A DNA stretch of 64,000 bases. Origin: an uncultured delta proteobacterium. Lineage in GTDB: Bacteria; Desulfobacterota; Binatia; UBA9968. A program made the position numbers and the translations under genes. The stretch is taken from NCBI GenBank assembly GCA_963728565.1, contig CAVSLC010000010.1, positions 267,978 to 331,977 on the forward strand. The letters are read 5' to 3'. Shown here in pieces: positions 42,107 through 51,896 of this stretch (within the stretch, counting starts at the first letter, position 1; every line of letters begins with the position of its first letter). The notes under the pieces were generated by a model. The model searched no databases. It was not told the DNA's origin and worked only from the letters and a program-made list of their open reading frames with translations.

Positions 42107-42222
42107 CCCGCGCAAGCCGTCCAACGGGAGAATGGCCACCAGCCGATAGCGCTATGCAGGTCCGACGCACAACGTCTCAATGATCCATTGAGCAACACCG
42201 CAAGTCGCCGTCATCGTCGCTT

Positions 42223-43128
42223 CTACGTTGAAGCTCGAATCACCAATACTGGATTTTCCGAATGCCGCACCACCGTTTCTGTGACGCTGCCCAGCACCCA
42301 GCGCCTCACTCCAGAACGCCCGTGAGTGGACATGGCAATCAGCCCTCCCGGTACGTTTTTGGCGAAGGATATGATCTCATCCGCGGGTAACCCTTCCTTG
42401 GCCGCGAAAGATACCCTGGCGACTCCGAGCTTCTTTACATCGGCGATCTTGGCCTCGAGATACTCGCAAGCTTCCTCTCTCATCTCGTTCAGCAAATCGT
42501 CCATCGGCAATGCATACCCCTCGACCCCGGCATATGCAGTGGTCGGAATGTTATAGGCGCGGATCAACACGATCTCCAGATTCCTCTGCTTGGCAAGCTC
42601 AATCGCGGTCGGCAATACTCTTTCCGCCAAGTCGGATCCGTCCAACGGTACTATCAGCGACTTAAGCGTCGGCCCGTCTTCGCTTCTGGTATTTTCTGTT
42701 GCACGAATCAATAAAACCGGATTGCTGGCTTCCCGGAGAACTTTTTCGGCGACGCTGCCGAGCAGCCAGCGGTTCATGCCGGAACGACCATGGGTCGCCA
42801 TCGTGATCAACGTATCTTGGTCCGCCGCGGCTTTTTCAATAATCACTTCTTCAGGCCTGCCGCTGTCCACCACCGTTTTGATCTTCGCTGCAGTTAAAGT
42901 AGCGGCGAGCGTTTGTAAGTATTTCTCACTGGCGCGAACCGCGTTGTCCACCATCGTATCAAGGTGCAGCGCCCGCTCGGCAGTCATATGACTCGCCATA
43001 TTCGCGACATCGACCACCGCTAACAGTTCAACCACAACATTCTTGTCCTGTGCCAAATATCGGGCGTACGGCAGCGCCTTTTCAGCCGCCTTTGATCCAT
43101 CCAGCGGTACAAGTAGTTTGGTAAACAT
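42223..43128 (-). CDS. Tandem-domain universal stress protein
   Basis: Two repeats of VPLDGS..AE..LP.A and M.THGRSG..RW.LGSV.E. Confidence 0.93.
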   Translation of the reverse strand: MFTKLLVPLDGSKAAEKALPYARYLAQDKNVVVELLAVVDVANMASHMTAERALHLDTMVDNAVRASEKYLQTLAATLTAAKIKTVVDSGRPEEVIIEKAAADQDTLITMATHGRSGMNRWLLGSVAEKVLREASNPVLLIRATENTRSEDGPTLKSLIVPLDGSDLAERVLPTAIELAKQRNLEIVLIRAYNIPTTAYAGVEGYALPMDDLLNEMREEACEYLEAKIADVKKLGVARVSFAAKEGLPADEIISFAKNVPGGLIAMSTHGRSGVRRWVLGSVTETVVRHSENPVLVIRAST

Positions 43129-43476
43129 GGCCTTCTCCTTGATCGTGATACGTCTCGGTTCGATCCTCAGGTACGCGGTGCGCGAGACTTGCGATCTATT
43201 TTCGACCTTCTCTTATAAGGTGTCGATTTCACTTCCTTTAATGACGTCGGGAACGTATTCATCAAGCAAATCAGCAGATCGCGGGCGCGGCAGACTGGAT
43301 TTCAGGGGGTTTGAGCCGTGTTATGCGGGACCAGGCCCGCCATTTTTTACAAGGTAATCGGCTTCGTAAGCAAAGTGGTCGATCGCGGGAAGATGGCCAT
43401 ACGTTTCTCGGATTCGAATGTCTCATGCGCTTCTGTCTCTCTCAAAAGGACATGACCAGAGTGGCGCGGTTCCTAG

Positions 43477-43590
43477 CTACTTGGAAGAATTGCCGTTCCG
43501 CCGGGAGCCGATCCAGGCCATGATCAGATCGCAGATCAAGATAAAGATCACCACTGTCACGACATACAACAGTTCTGTTTCCTGTGCCAT
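43477..43590 (-). CDS. Putative 37-aa single-pass membrane peptide, absent from the ORF track
   Basis: MAQETELLYVVTVVIFILICDLIMAWIGSRRNGNSSK*; GAGGA 4 nt before the ATG. Confidence 0.45.
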   Translation of the reverse strand: MAQETELLYVVTVVIFILICDLIMAWIGSRRNGNSSK

Positions 43591-43961
43591 AGAATCCTCG
43601 AGTGCAGAGAGCGTCTTCTCATTTTAATATAACAGTATGGCAATAACTGTGCCTTTTTAAGCGAGGCGGTCATAACCAAGTCGCGGCTGTATGCGGGTGA
43701 TTTCCTTGTCGGATTGTCGAGCTCGGATCTAGGTTCGGCGGCCCTGTCACCGAAGTGTTTCCATTGTTGCGAATAATCGGCACAGGCTTTCTTGCGTATC
43801 AAGAAATATTAAAGAGCCGGGAGCTTGGACGGCTTGGCAGCCGAACGGGACTTGGTAGTGGTTCAGTTCGAGGTTTCTTTGATCGTACCCGGGGAAAGAA
43901 CGATCTTAGGGCTTATCCTGAATCTCGCCGAGGGATTCGGAATCACATCAGAGTATGGTGC

Positions 43962-43988
43962 TGTCATCCCGAACGAAGTGAGAGATCT
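43962..43988 (+). repeat. Single REP-like short element
   Basis: TGTCATCCCGAACGAAGTGAGAGATCT resembles the GTCATCC(T/C)GAGCGAAGCGAAGGATCT type of intergenic repeat; one copy seen. Confidence 0.45.
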
Positions 43989-44074
43989 TTCGAAAGAACC
44001 ACCCTCATAAATCGCCTGATGTGGCTGGACGGCCTTTTTGGTAGTAAGTTAAACTGTTTGCAACGGATAAGCTA

Positions 44075-44456
44075 ATGACGTCCTGGGGAAACGATCTAGT
44101 GACCGAGTTGGAGAGAATCGGCGAAGCGGAAGTGCGTACGCGGCTGGCACGCGGTGAATTCGGAATGGTTGGGAGCTCCAAATCGACAGCCGTTAAAGCA
44201 TGGTTGAATTCCAAAGAATCCGAACGCCGCGCTGCATGGGAGACTAAAGGCGTTAGCGAATTCCGAAGAGGCTTTTTCCACGGCGCGCACGGCCGCTGCG
44301 GCGGCCGCGGAGGCTATATCTCGTTCTCGTGAGGCGATGACGCTCAGCCGATTGGCCGCAGCTAACTCACGTCGGGCAAATGTTATTGCTATCGTTGCGA
44401 TGGTTTGCAGCATCGTGGCTGTCATGACTGCTATAATCATCGCGATCTCAAATTAG
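44075..44456 (+). CDS. Hypothetical tail-anchored helical protein; frameshift near 44247
   Basis: MTSWGNDLVTELERIGEAEVRTRL.. continues in the next frame as ALANSEEAF..RANVIAIVAMVCSIVAVMTAIIIAISN*. Confidence 0.55.
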
Positions 44457-44608
44457 TTCCGCAAGCAGAATTTACAGGATGTTGAGGCGATAAGCCTGAC
44501 ACATAGCGACTCGGTGGCAAGACACACCACCGGTAAATAGAGTTTGGTTTATGACCGGCGTGGAGAAGTCGAAGACAAATCCAGCCGCGTCTTTGATTAG
44601 AATCAATT

Positions 44609-45612
44609 ATGACTACTCCTCTGTTTTCGTTCTTTACCAATCGCTCGCGACGAGTCGTGGAAACCGTCACCCCGGGGCGCACGTTGGCGGATGTCGTCCT
44701 CCCTCCCCAAACCCGGCGGACATTGGAGCACGCGCTAGCTCAAGTGCGAAATCACGAACTGATCTTTGGCCGCTGGGGTTTAGGTGAGCGGCACACGGCG
44801 GGACGCGGTTTAGCTTTTAATTTTGCCGGGGCGCCTGGGACGGGAAAGACCATCTGCGCCGAGGCGATTGCGCATGAACTCGGCCTGAAGCTTCTCGTTG
44901 TCGACTACGCTCAAGCAGAGTCGATGTGGTTCGGCGAAACGCCTAAAAACATAGTCGCGGCATTTCGCGCCGCCGCCGAGCAAAGCGCGGTGCTGTTCTT
45001 TGATGAAGCTGATGCCATTGCAACGCGCCGCTCGGCGGGAACCATTTTGCCGCACGACCGCGAGAGCAACTTGACCATCAACGTTCTCCTTCGCGAGCTA
45101 GAAGCTTTCAATGGGATCGTGATCTTTGCGACCAACCTAGCGGCGAATTTTGATCCGGCATTTGAGCGGCGCATCCGAACCCATGTGCTGTTTGAAATGC
45201 CGGGAGTGGAGGAGCGCGTCCGTATTTGGGAGCTGCAAATTCACCCGAAAAAGACACCCCTCGGGGCGGATGTAGATTTCCGCCGGCTCGCCGAGCGCTA
45301 CCAGATGAGCGGCGGCGACATCAAAAATGCGGTTATCAAGGCAGCGGCGGCTGCTGCGGCCGAATCCGGTCCTGACCTAGGCAAGCAAATAGGCCAGGAG
45401 CATTTTGAAAGGGCCGCCCAAGACGTGCTTTCGGCGAAATCAGTAATGCAGCAGTCGCTTTTTCGAAGGCGGTATCGCGGCATCCGATTCCGATGAGCGA
45501 GTGGCGAAGCGTTGCGGCGCGATGGCGCACCGCCGTTGTCGTGGCTTTAGGGCTGGCCGGCACTGCATTGATTGCGGCGCTCGCCGCCGTCGCATTGACC
45601 CTCCTGCGTTAG
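44609..45612 (+). CDS. AAA+ ATPase with probable C-terminal TM anchor; frameshift(s) near 45460-45510
   Basis: GAPGTGKT, FFDEAD and ATN....D.AFERR (SRH); downstream frame encodes RWRTAVVVALGLAGTALIAALAAVALTLLR*. Confidence 0.8.
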
Positions 45613-45762
45613 ACCATCTGGGGCGCAGCCAAGCCCGCCATGATCCTCGCAGATATCAGCCGAGATCCTGCATGTAAGTATTTGGATCATTTGCGCCCGG
45701 CAACAATCTTAGGCGATAATAGTACCCCGGCATGTTCCGAGAGCGCCGCCGGAGCACTTAGC

Positions 45763-46149
45763 ATGGCGAAAATTCTGATTGTCGACGACAACCCGGACGT
45801 ACGCGAAGTACTTCGATGTCAGCTCGAAATGCTAGGTTATCTGGTGATCTCGGCCGAGAATGGTTATACGGGAATTGCAAAAGCGATTGCAGAGCAGCCG
45901 GACCTAATCTTGATGGACATCATGATGCCGGAGATGGATGGCTGGCAGGCGAGCCGAGCTGTGCGCGGCAATCCCGAGACCAAGGACATCCCGATTCTTG
46001 CAGCCACGGCGATGTGTCGCCGTGCTGATCTCGATGCTTGTCTGGAAGCCGGTTGCAACGGTTACATCGTCAAGCCCTTCACAATGATAGAATTGAAGCG
46101 AAAGATTGGCGAGCTTATCACACGAAACTGCAGCGATAATCATTCTTGA
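45763..46149 (+). CDS. Single-domain response regulator (CheY/DivK-like)
   Basis: KILIVDD, PDLILMD..MP.MDG and GY..KPF. Confidence 0.9.
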   Translation: MAKILIVDDNPDVREVLRCQLEMLGYLVISAENGYTGIAKAIAEQPDLILMDIMMPEMDGWQASRAVRGNPETKDIPILAATAMCRRADLDACLEAGCNGYIVKPFTMIELKRKIGELITRNCSDNHS

Positions 46150-46410
46150 TTAATCACCAGGCGTTCTGCTCAAGAACCCACGGCAAACACACCTGGCTCG
46201 AACTGCCTGTTGATCTTCGGCTTGATATCAAGCTGCCCGGCTCGGTTGACTCCAGACAAACAAAACTGCCAGTCCGGACGCTAAACAGCTTGCAAACTGG
46301 CGCCAAGCCAGGCACTGAAATGTCTACGTGCGTTCTGATTTGGCGCGCTAATTCGTAATCGCAGCTTCGGCCGTGCGCCTGAAATTATCGTTCCTACAGT
46401 GGGGTAGATA

Positions 46411-47427
46411 ATGGGACTGAACCGTCGCCTTTTACGGCAACAATTGATTGCATTGGCGGTCATCGCTTTGTCGTCGACAGTATCGCATGCTCAAGAACGG
46501 CCGACCATTCTCGCCGGACATGGAACGCTCTCTGGATCGATCCTGCCTCTCTGGGTCGGGACCGATGCAAAGTTGTTTGAGAAGCATGGTCTGCAGGTCA
46601 GGCCAATTTATCTGCCGCGCGCCGCAGGCAGGCCGGCGCTGGTGAGCGGCGACATCCAGGTGTATTTTTCCGCCGGGCCCCCAGTGGTGCAGATGCGCTT
46701 GAGCGGGGGAGACGTAGCGGTTACCTCCTGTGTGGTTCACAAGCTCACGTCCAAGATAATGGTGCACCCGGCAATCCAGAGGATTGCCGATCTGCGGGGG
46801 AAAGTTGTGGCGGTCGCCAATCCAGGTTCCGCCAGCGATTTTGCCGCTAAATTATTTATGGCACGCCAGCGAATGAAGCCCGGGCAGGATGTTTCGATCA
46901 TCTATAGCGGTTCCACCAGCGCTGCCTTTGCCGCGCTGGCCAATGGCCGAGTGCACGGCATCTTTGCGTCACCGCCCAACGATATCCAGGCTGCGGCGGC
47001 AGGTTTCAAGCCGTTGCTGGAATTAGGCGACCTGAACATTCCCTATGCCGGGAATTGCACTACGGTGCTGCGTTCTTATGCCGCGAAACAGCCGGCTCGC
47101 ATGCGCAGCTTCGTCGCCGGCATCACCGAGGCAGTCGCCTATATCAGAAGGCGCCCGAGTGAAGCCAGGAGCATTTTACAAAAGTATACCCGGGTTTCTG
47201 ATAGTGCGATCCTGCAACACACCTATGATTCTGAAGTCCAATACATGGAGCCCGTGCCGACTCCGACTGCCGAAGGGGTGAGAAGCATTCTCGACCATCT
47301 AGGAGTATCGGGGCAGCAGGCCGAGGTTTTCATCGCTGAATTTGTCGACAACCGCTTTATGAAGCAGCTCATCGATGACGGCTTGCTCAAACAAATATAT
47401 CCGGACGGGGTGCCGACCAAAGAATGA
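46411..47427 (+). CDS. ABC substrate-binding protein, NMT1/SsuA-like
   Basis: Signal peptide (..SHA-QE), LFEKHGL, DLRGK.VAV and D.RF...L. Confidence 0.82.
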   Translation: MGLNRRLLRQQLIALAVIALSSTVSHAQERPTILAGHGTLSGSILPLWVGTDAKLFEKHGLQVRPIYLPRAAGRPALVSGDIQVYFSAGPPVVQMRLSGGDVAVTSCVVHKLTSKIMVHPAIQRIADLRGKVVAVANPGSASDFAAKLFMARQRMKPGQDVSIIYSGSTSAAFAALANGRVHGIFASPPNDIQAAAAGFKPLLELGDLNIPYAGNCTTVLRSYAAKQPARMRSFVAGITEAVAYIRRRPSEARSILQKYTRVSDSAILQHTYDSEVQYMEPVPTPTAEGVRSILDHLGVSGQQAEVFIAEFVDNRFMKQLIDDGLLKQIYPDGVPTKE

Positions 47428-47471
47428 CCGTGCGCGCGGGACGAAATTCGGAAGGTTTTGGCAGCGCGACG

Positions 47472-48173
47472 TTAGTTGAGCTGAGACTTCCATCCTGAGA
47501 AGCTCAGCATCTTGCCGGTGATCCCGCTTGCTTCATCCGAGGCTAAATGAACAAAAACATCGGTTACAGATTCCGGGCGACTGCCGCTATAGCCGGTCAA
47601 TTTGGTTGCGACGTAACCTGGTTCTACGGAGTTGACGCGGATGTTTGAAGCGCGGACTTCCGCGGCCAGGGTCTGAGTGAATCCTTCCAGTCCCCATTTT
47701 GAAGTGGCATAGGCGATAAAGTTGGGGTAGGCGCCGCGCCCCACCATCGATGAAACGTTGATGATCGAGCCGCTTTTTTGCTTGACCATGACGGGCAACA
47801 CCGACTGAGTAACGAGAAACGGTCCGCGCAAATTTACTGCAATCGTATAATCCCACTTCTTCACTTCGAGCTGAGTGATTGGAACCGGCCGGGTCATCAC
47901 TCCCGCGTTGTTCACCAACACGTCGATACGTCCAAAGTCTTTTATAACATCGCCGACAAAGTCTTTAACAGAATCTTCGACGGAGACATCGCAGGACCAA
48001 CCTTTGGCCTCTGCTTTCAACTTTTGAATGTCTTGAACCGTCTCATCGATCTCCGATGTCGTGCGCGCGCAAATCGCCAGCCTGGCGCCCTCGCGCGCGT
48101 AAGCCAAGGCGACCGCTTTACCGATTCCTCTTGCTCCGCCGGTGACCAGCGCGACTTTGTCTTTTAGCTTCAT
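47472..48173 (-). CDS. Short-chain dehydrogenase/reductase
   Basis: TGGARGIG, NNAG, SS and YATSK. Confidence 0.92.
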   Translation of the reverse strand: MKLKDKVALVTGGARGIGKAVALAYAREGARLAICARTTSEIDETVQDIQKLKAEAKGWSCDVSVEDSVKDFVGDVIKDFGRIDVLVNNAGVMTRPVPITQLEVKKWDYTIAVNLRGPFLVTQSVLPVMVKQKSGSIINVSSMVGRGAYPNFIAYATSKWGLEGFTQTLAAEVRASNIRVNSVEPGYVATKLTGYSGSRPESVTDVFVHLASDEASGITGKMLSFSGWKSQLN

Positions 48174-48391
48174 TGAGGTGTCCCTGGTTAGATGTAATCA
48201 GTCTTATGTCTACTGAATTGGTTTGCCAAAGCAAGATGACTTGATTGCGCAGTTTGATCGGACAGCTAACAGGGGGCCATTGGATGATCGGCGTAACCGA
48301 CGAGCAATGGCCGGATAAAGCGCCCTGATCTGACAGCTTGAGCGTTGCCGCATCTGGCGATACAAGAGAGAAGAACTGGGAGGGAAACACA

Positions 48392-49270
48392 ATGGATGTG
48401 CTCAGTACGACCGGATACCAACGCAGGCCGCCTCATTTGGTCGCCGAGTACAAGGGCTTTTTCGCCAGTGAAGGGCTCGAAGTTCGCTTTCACGAAACGA
48501 CCTATGCTCCGGATCATAACCGTGGCATGGCCGAGGGACGTTGGGATTTCACGCTCAGCAGCGCGGATACGATGATTGCGCGCACAACCACCGATGGAGT
48601 TGATTATGTTCTTTTCATGCAAGCGGAAGAGGGATTGAGCGCGTACCTGATTGGCCAGCCGGAGATTTCGTCGATCGCGCAGCTGCGCGGAGAACTGCTT
48701 GCCGGCGATCCCGGCGATTCGAACCTCGATCTCATTCGCAAGAAGATTCTGCGTCGTCATGGGATGGACGATGATCAATATGAAATTGAAATCATCGGCA
48801 GCTCGCCCAAACGGCTGGAGGCTTTCTTAAACGGCAGAGTCGCTGCCGCGATGTTGACGCCGCCGGCTTGCGACAAAGCGTTGGCAGCGGGCGGGGTGCT
48901 GCTCGCCAACGCCGAAGACTATGTCCCCGGTTGGCCGCTGACGTGCGGCTGGACATTGCGGCGCTGGCTACTTGAACATCGCGATCTGACGGTGCGCTTC
49001 ATTCGCGCGTGGGCGGCGGCAACAGACTGGTTGCTGACGCCCCAAAATCGGACGGAAACTCTGGAACTGATCATGGCCAACGAAGGGCTCAACCGAGATT
49101 CCGCAGAGCAGGCTTATCGCAAGGTCGTGCCGCACGCGCGGATAAATCCGGCCGCGATCAACACGGTTATCGAGCTAAGAAAGGAAATGGGTGTGTACAA
49201 ACCACCCTACGATCCACCGGAAAGATTTTTCGATTCAAGCTATTGGCGTGAAGCGATGAAAGCGACGTGA
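48392..49270 (+). CDS. NMT1/THI5-like substrate-binding-fold protein lacking a signal peptide
   Basis: VAEYKGFFASEGLEV, I.SIAQLRG and RFIRA; N-terminus not hydrophobic; GGAGGG RBS. Confidence 0.75.
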   Translation: MDVLSTTGYQRRPPHLVAEYKGFFASEGLEVRFHETTYAPDHNRGMAEGRWDFTLSSADTMIARTTTDGVDYVLFMQAEEGLSAYLIGQPEISSIAQLRGELLAGDPGDSNLDLIRKKILRRHGMDDDQYEIEIIGSSPKRLEAFLNGRVAAAMLTPPACDKALAAGGVLLANAEDYVPGWPLTCGWTLRRWLLEHRDLTVRFIRAWAAATDWLLTPQNRTETLELIMANEGLNRDSAEQAYRKVVPHARINPAAINTVIELRKEMGVYKPPYDPPERFFDSSYWREAMKAT

Positions 49271-49520
49271 TTGAAAACGTGCTCGTGTTGGAAGAAGAGA
49301 CGTGCTTGCTTTGTGTTACCCAAAATTAAGCTTCTCCGTCTCGGGTCTTACTTGGCTTCACTTTAATCGTTGGCTTCTGCCACGAACACGATCCCACGAA
49401 CACCAGTATTATGCCGCTTGCCATGCCCCGGTCACAATGTAAAATGGAGTCCAAATTGAGAATGGTTCATTTAAGAGTTACACGAACTTCTAAGCTCTAG
49501 TCAAAGGAGGCACATCGATC

Positions 49521-50543
49521 ATGGTCAACACAAAAGAACTGGAAACCGTTGCTCGAGGCATGGTGGCAAAAGGCAAGGGGATATTGGCGGCCGATGAAAG
49601 TATGGGAACCATCAAGCGCCGCTTTGACAGCATCAAAATTGAATCCAACGAAGATAACCGCCGCGCCTATCGCGAGATGTTGTTTACCACCAAAGGCATC
49701 GAGGAAGCGATTAGCGGCGTGATTCTCTTTGATGAAACGCTGCGCACGAAGGCCAGCGATGGGACGCCGTTCGCGCAATTGCTGTCCAAGAAAGGCATCA
49801 TGCCCGGCATCAAAGTCGATAAAGGCCCGGTGGACATTCCTAATTTTCCCGGCGAAGTTGTCACCGAAGGATTGGACGGACTACGCGCGCGGCTGAAGGA
49901 GTACAAGGAACTCGGCGCCAAATTCGCCAAATGGCGAGCGGTGATCTCGATCGGCGATGGAATACCGACCTATACTTGCCTAGAGCTCAACGCCGAGGCG
50001 CTAGCTCGGTACGCGGCGCTGTGCCAGGAAGCCGGCATTGTTCCGATTGTCGAACCGGAAGTGTTGCTCGACGGCTCCCACACCATCGAACGGGCTCAGG
50101 AGGCGACGGAGCATACGTTGAAGGTCACTTTCACGCAGCTTTTTCTGCAGCGGGTTTATCTCGAAGGAATGATTCTCAAGCCTAGCATGGTGGTTCCAGG
50201 AAAGGACTCTCCTAAGAAAGCCAGTGTTGAAGAAGTTGCCGAGCGCACGATTCGTTGCCTGAAGCGCACCGTCCCGGCAGCGGTTCCGGGCATCGCTTTT
50301 TTGTCAGGCGGACAGAGCGCGGAGAGCGCTACCGAACATCTCAATGCCATGAACGGCATGGGACCGCTCCCTTGGGAGGTTACGTTCTCTTATGCGCGGG
50401 CCCTCCAGGACCCGGCTTTGAAAGCGTGGAAAGGCGATCCGGGCAATATCGGCGCAGCACAGAAAATTTTCTACCATCGGGCAAAATGCAACAGCGCGGC
50501 TCGCAGTGGCAGCTACAATAAACAGATGGAGGCGGCTGCGTAG
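49521..50543 (+). CDS. Fructose-bisphosphate aldolase class I (glycolytic, eukaryote-like type)
   Basis: GKGILAADES, FAKWR, VPIVEPEVL, ILKPSMV (Schiff-base Lys), FLSGGQS and FSYARALQ. Confidence 0.95.
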   Translation: MVNTKELETVARGMVAKGKGILAADESMGTIKRRFDSIKIESNEDNRRAYREMLFTTKGIEEAISGVILFDETLRTKASDGTPFAQLLSKKGIMPGIKVDKGPVDIPNFPGEVVTEGLDGLRARLKEYKELGAKFAKWRAVISIGDGIPTYTCLELNAEALARYAALCQEAGIVPIVEPEVLLDGSHTIERAQEATEHTLKVTFTQLFLQRVYLEGMILKPSMVVPGKDSPKKASVEEVAERTIRCLKRTVPAAVPGIAFLSGGQSAESATEHLNAMNGMGPLPWEVTFSYARALQDPALKAWKGDPGNIGAAQKIFYHRAKCNSAARSGSYNKQMEAAA

Positions 50544-50573
50544 AGTTCGCTTGCGATTACCAGAGCAGGAGCG

Positions 50574-50609
50574 AGAGGCGGTCATTGGAATGACCGCCTC
50601 TTTTATTTT
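50574..50609 (+). terminator. Rho-independent terminator after the aldolase
   Basis: AGAGGCGGTCAT-TGGA-ATGACCGCCTCT followed by TTTATTTT. Confidence 0.88.
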
Positions 50610-50689
50610 AGTCGTGATGGTTGAATGCAGTTCCTAAGAAACCCCATCGCTCTACTAACCGCCAGCTGCAGTGCCGGATGCAATCTTCA

Positions 50690-51697
50690 CTAGCGTAGAA
50701 AAATTTCTTGGTACTCTTTTTTCTTCTGGGCAAACGCCTTTGAGTCGAGATCGTGCATTTCAACGAACTGAATTTTTTCCGCATCGGCAATCGGCGGATA
50801 AATTCCCTTGCGATTGACGAATTCGCCTTGCTTGGCGAGGATCGTCATGCTTTCCGCACCGAGGAAGCTGTCGATAAAAGCCTTGCCTGCGTTCGGGTGC
50901 GGTGCCTTGTTGCCAAGCGTTAGATAGTGGCCGTCGCCCATCATCTTGCCGAGCCTCACGTAATCGATCGGCGCGCCTCTCTCGCCGAAGGTATGAACGT
51001 ATTTAACGTAGGTGATGCCGACCGGCGTCTCGCCGCTAGCCACGCGCTCCGCTGCCGGCAACAGAGACTCGACCATGATCGGTTTGGTTGCGGCCAAGTC
51101 GCGGATGAATTTCTCGGCCTTCTCCTTGCCCAGCAGTTTTTCCAGGCTCGCGACCCACTGAGTCGTGGTCGTGTGCTGGGTCGGATCGGCCATTACCAGC
51201 TTGCCCCGATATTGAGGCTTGAGTAGATCTTCGAGTGACTTTGGTGCGTCGCCAGGTTTGATAATGCTCTTGTTGTAAAGAATTCCGATCATGACGTTGC
51301 GGTAGCGAGGGCCCAGTTTGGGGTCGATGGATTCCTTGGTAAATTCTTTGGCCGAAGGCGATTCGTAATTCGCGAAGATTCCTTCTCTCGACATGATCTG
51401 CATCGGATTGTCGTTGGTCAGAATCACATCGAAGCCCGGTTTGCCGGCGCGATACTCGGTCAAAGCCCGATCCATTACTTTGGTCGATGACGCTCTCCAG
51501 TACTCCAGGTCGATGCCGGTCTTTTGCCTGAAGACCTTGAAAACAGCCTCGGCGCTGTCGGTTTCCAAGGATCCGTAAACCGTCACCTTGCCTTCTTTTT
51601 TTCCTGCTTCGACGAGTTTCGGATCCTGCGCATAAACCGGCGCCGCGATCAAGGCAGCGCCCAGCAGGGCTAATAACAGACGTAGTTTTTTATGCAT
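50690..51697 (-). CDS. ABC substrate-binding protein (AfuA/FbpA-like cluster)
   Basis: Signal peptide, KKEGKV.VYGS, PKS.EDLL.P.YRGK and APHPNAGK.FID. Confidence 0.85.
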   Translation of the reverse strand: MHKKLRLLLALLGAALIAAPVYAQDPKLVEAGKKEGKVTVYGSLETDSAEAVFKVFRQKTGIDLEYWRASSTKVMDRALTEYRAGKPGFDVILTNDNPMQIMSREGIFANYESPSAKEFTKESIDPKLGPRYRNVMIGILYNKSIIKPGDAPKSLEDLLKPQYRGKLVMADPTQHTTTTQWVASLEKLLGKEKAEKFIRDLAATKPIMVESLLPAAERVASGETPVGITYVKYVHTFGERGAPIDYVRLGKMMGDGHYLTLGNKAPHPNAGKAFIDSFLGAESMTILAKQGEFVNRKGIYPPIADAEKIQFVEMHDLDSKAFAQKKKEYQEIFLR

Positions 51698-51896
51698 CGA
51701 TTCCTCCGGGGTGTTGGTTAAGAGTTGCTGCGGTCAAGAGCGGTTACAATGAATAATCACCTAGCATGCGGTGGTATTTTCATTCTGGGATCATTGAGGT
51801 TAGCAGGGTAGCTGAGTCGAGCTCTGACACTCAGCAGTCCAAATTGGGCCTTGCGTTCGGTCAACTTGTGCAAGACGCAAGAGGAGTCGAGCGCCG

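Noticed and set aside
44609-45612. AAA ATPase as a marker of a contractile injection system or prophage
   Set aside because: No sheath, tube, baseplate, integrase or other phage genes are present nearby.
49278-49404. CGTGCTCGTG and two CACGAACAC short repeats between the SBP and aldolase genes
   Set aside because: Too short and degenerate for a CRISPR array or a defined element; at most a decayed repeat.
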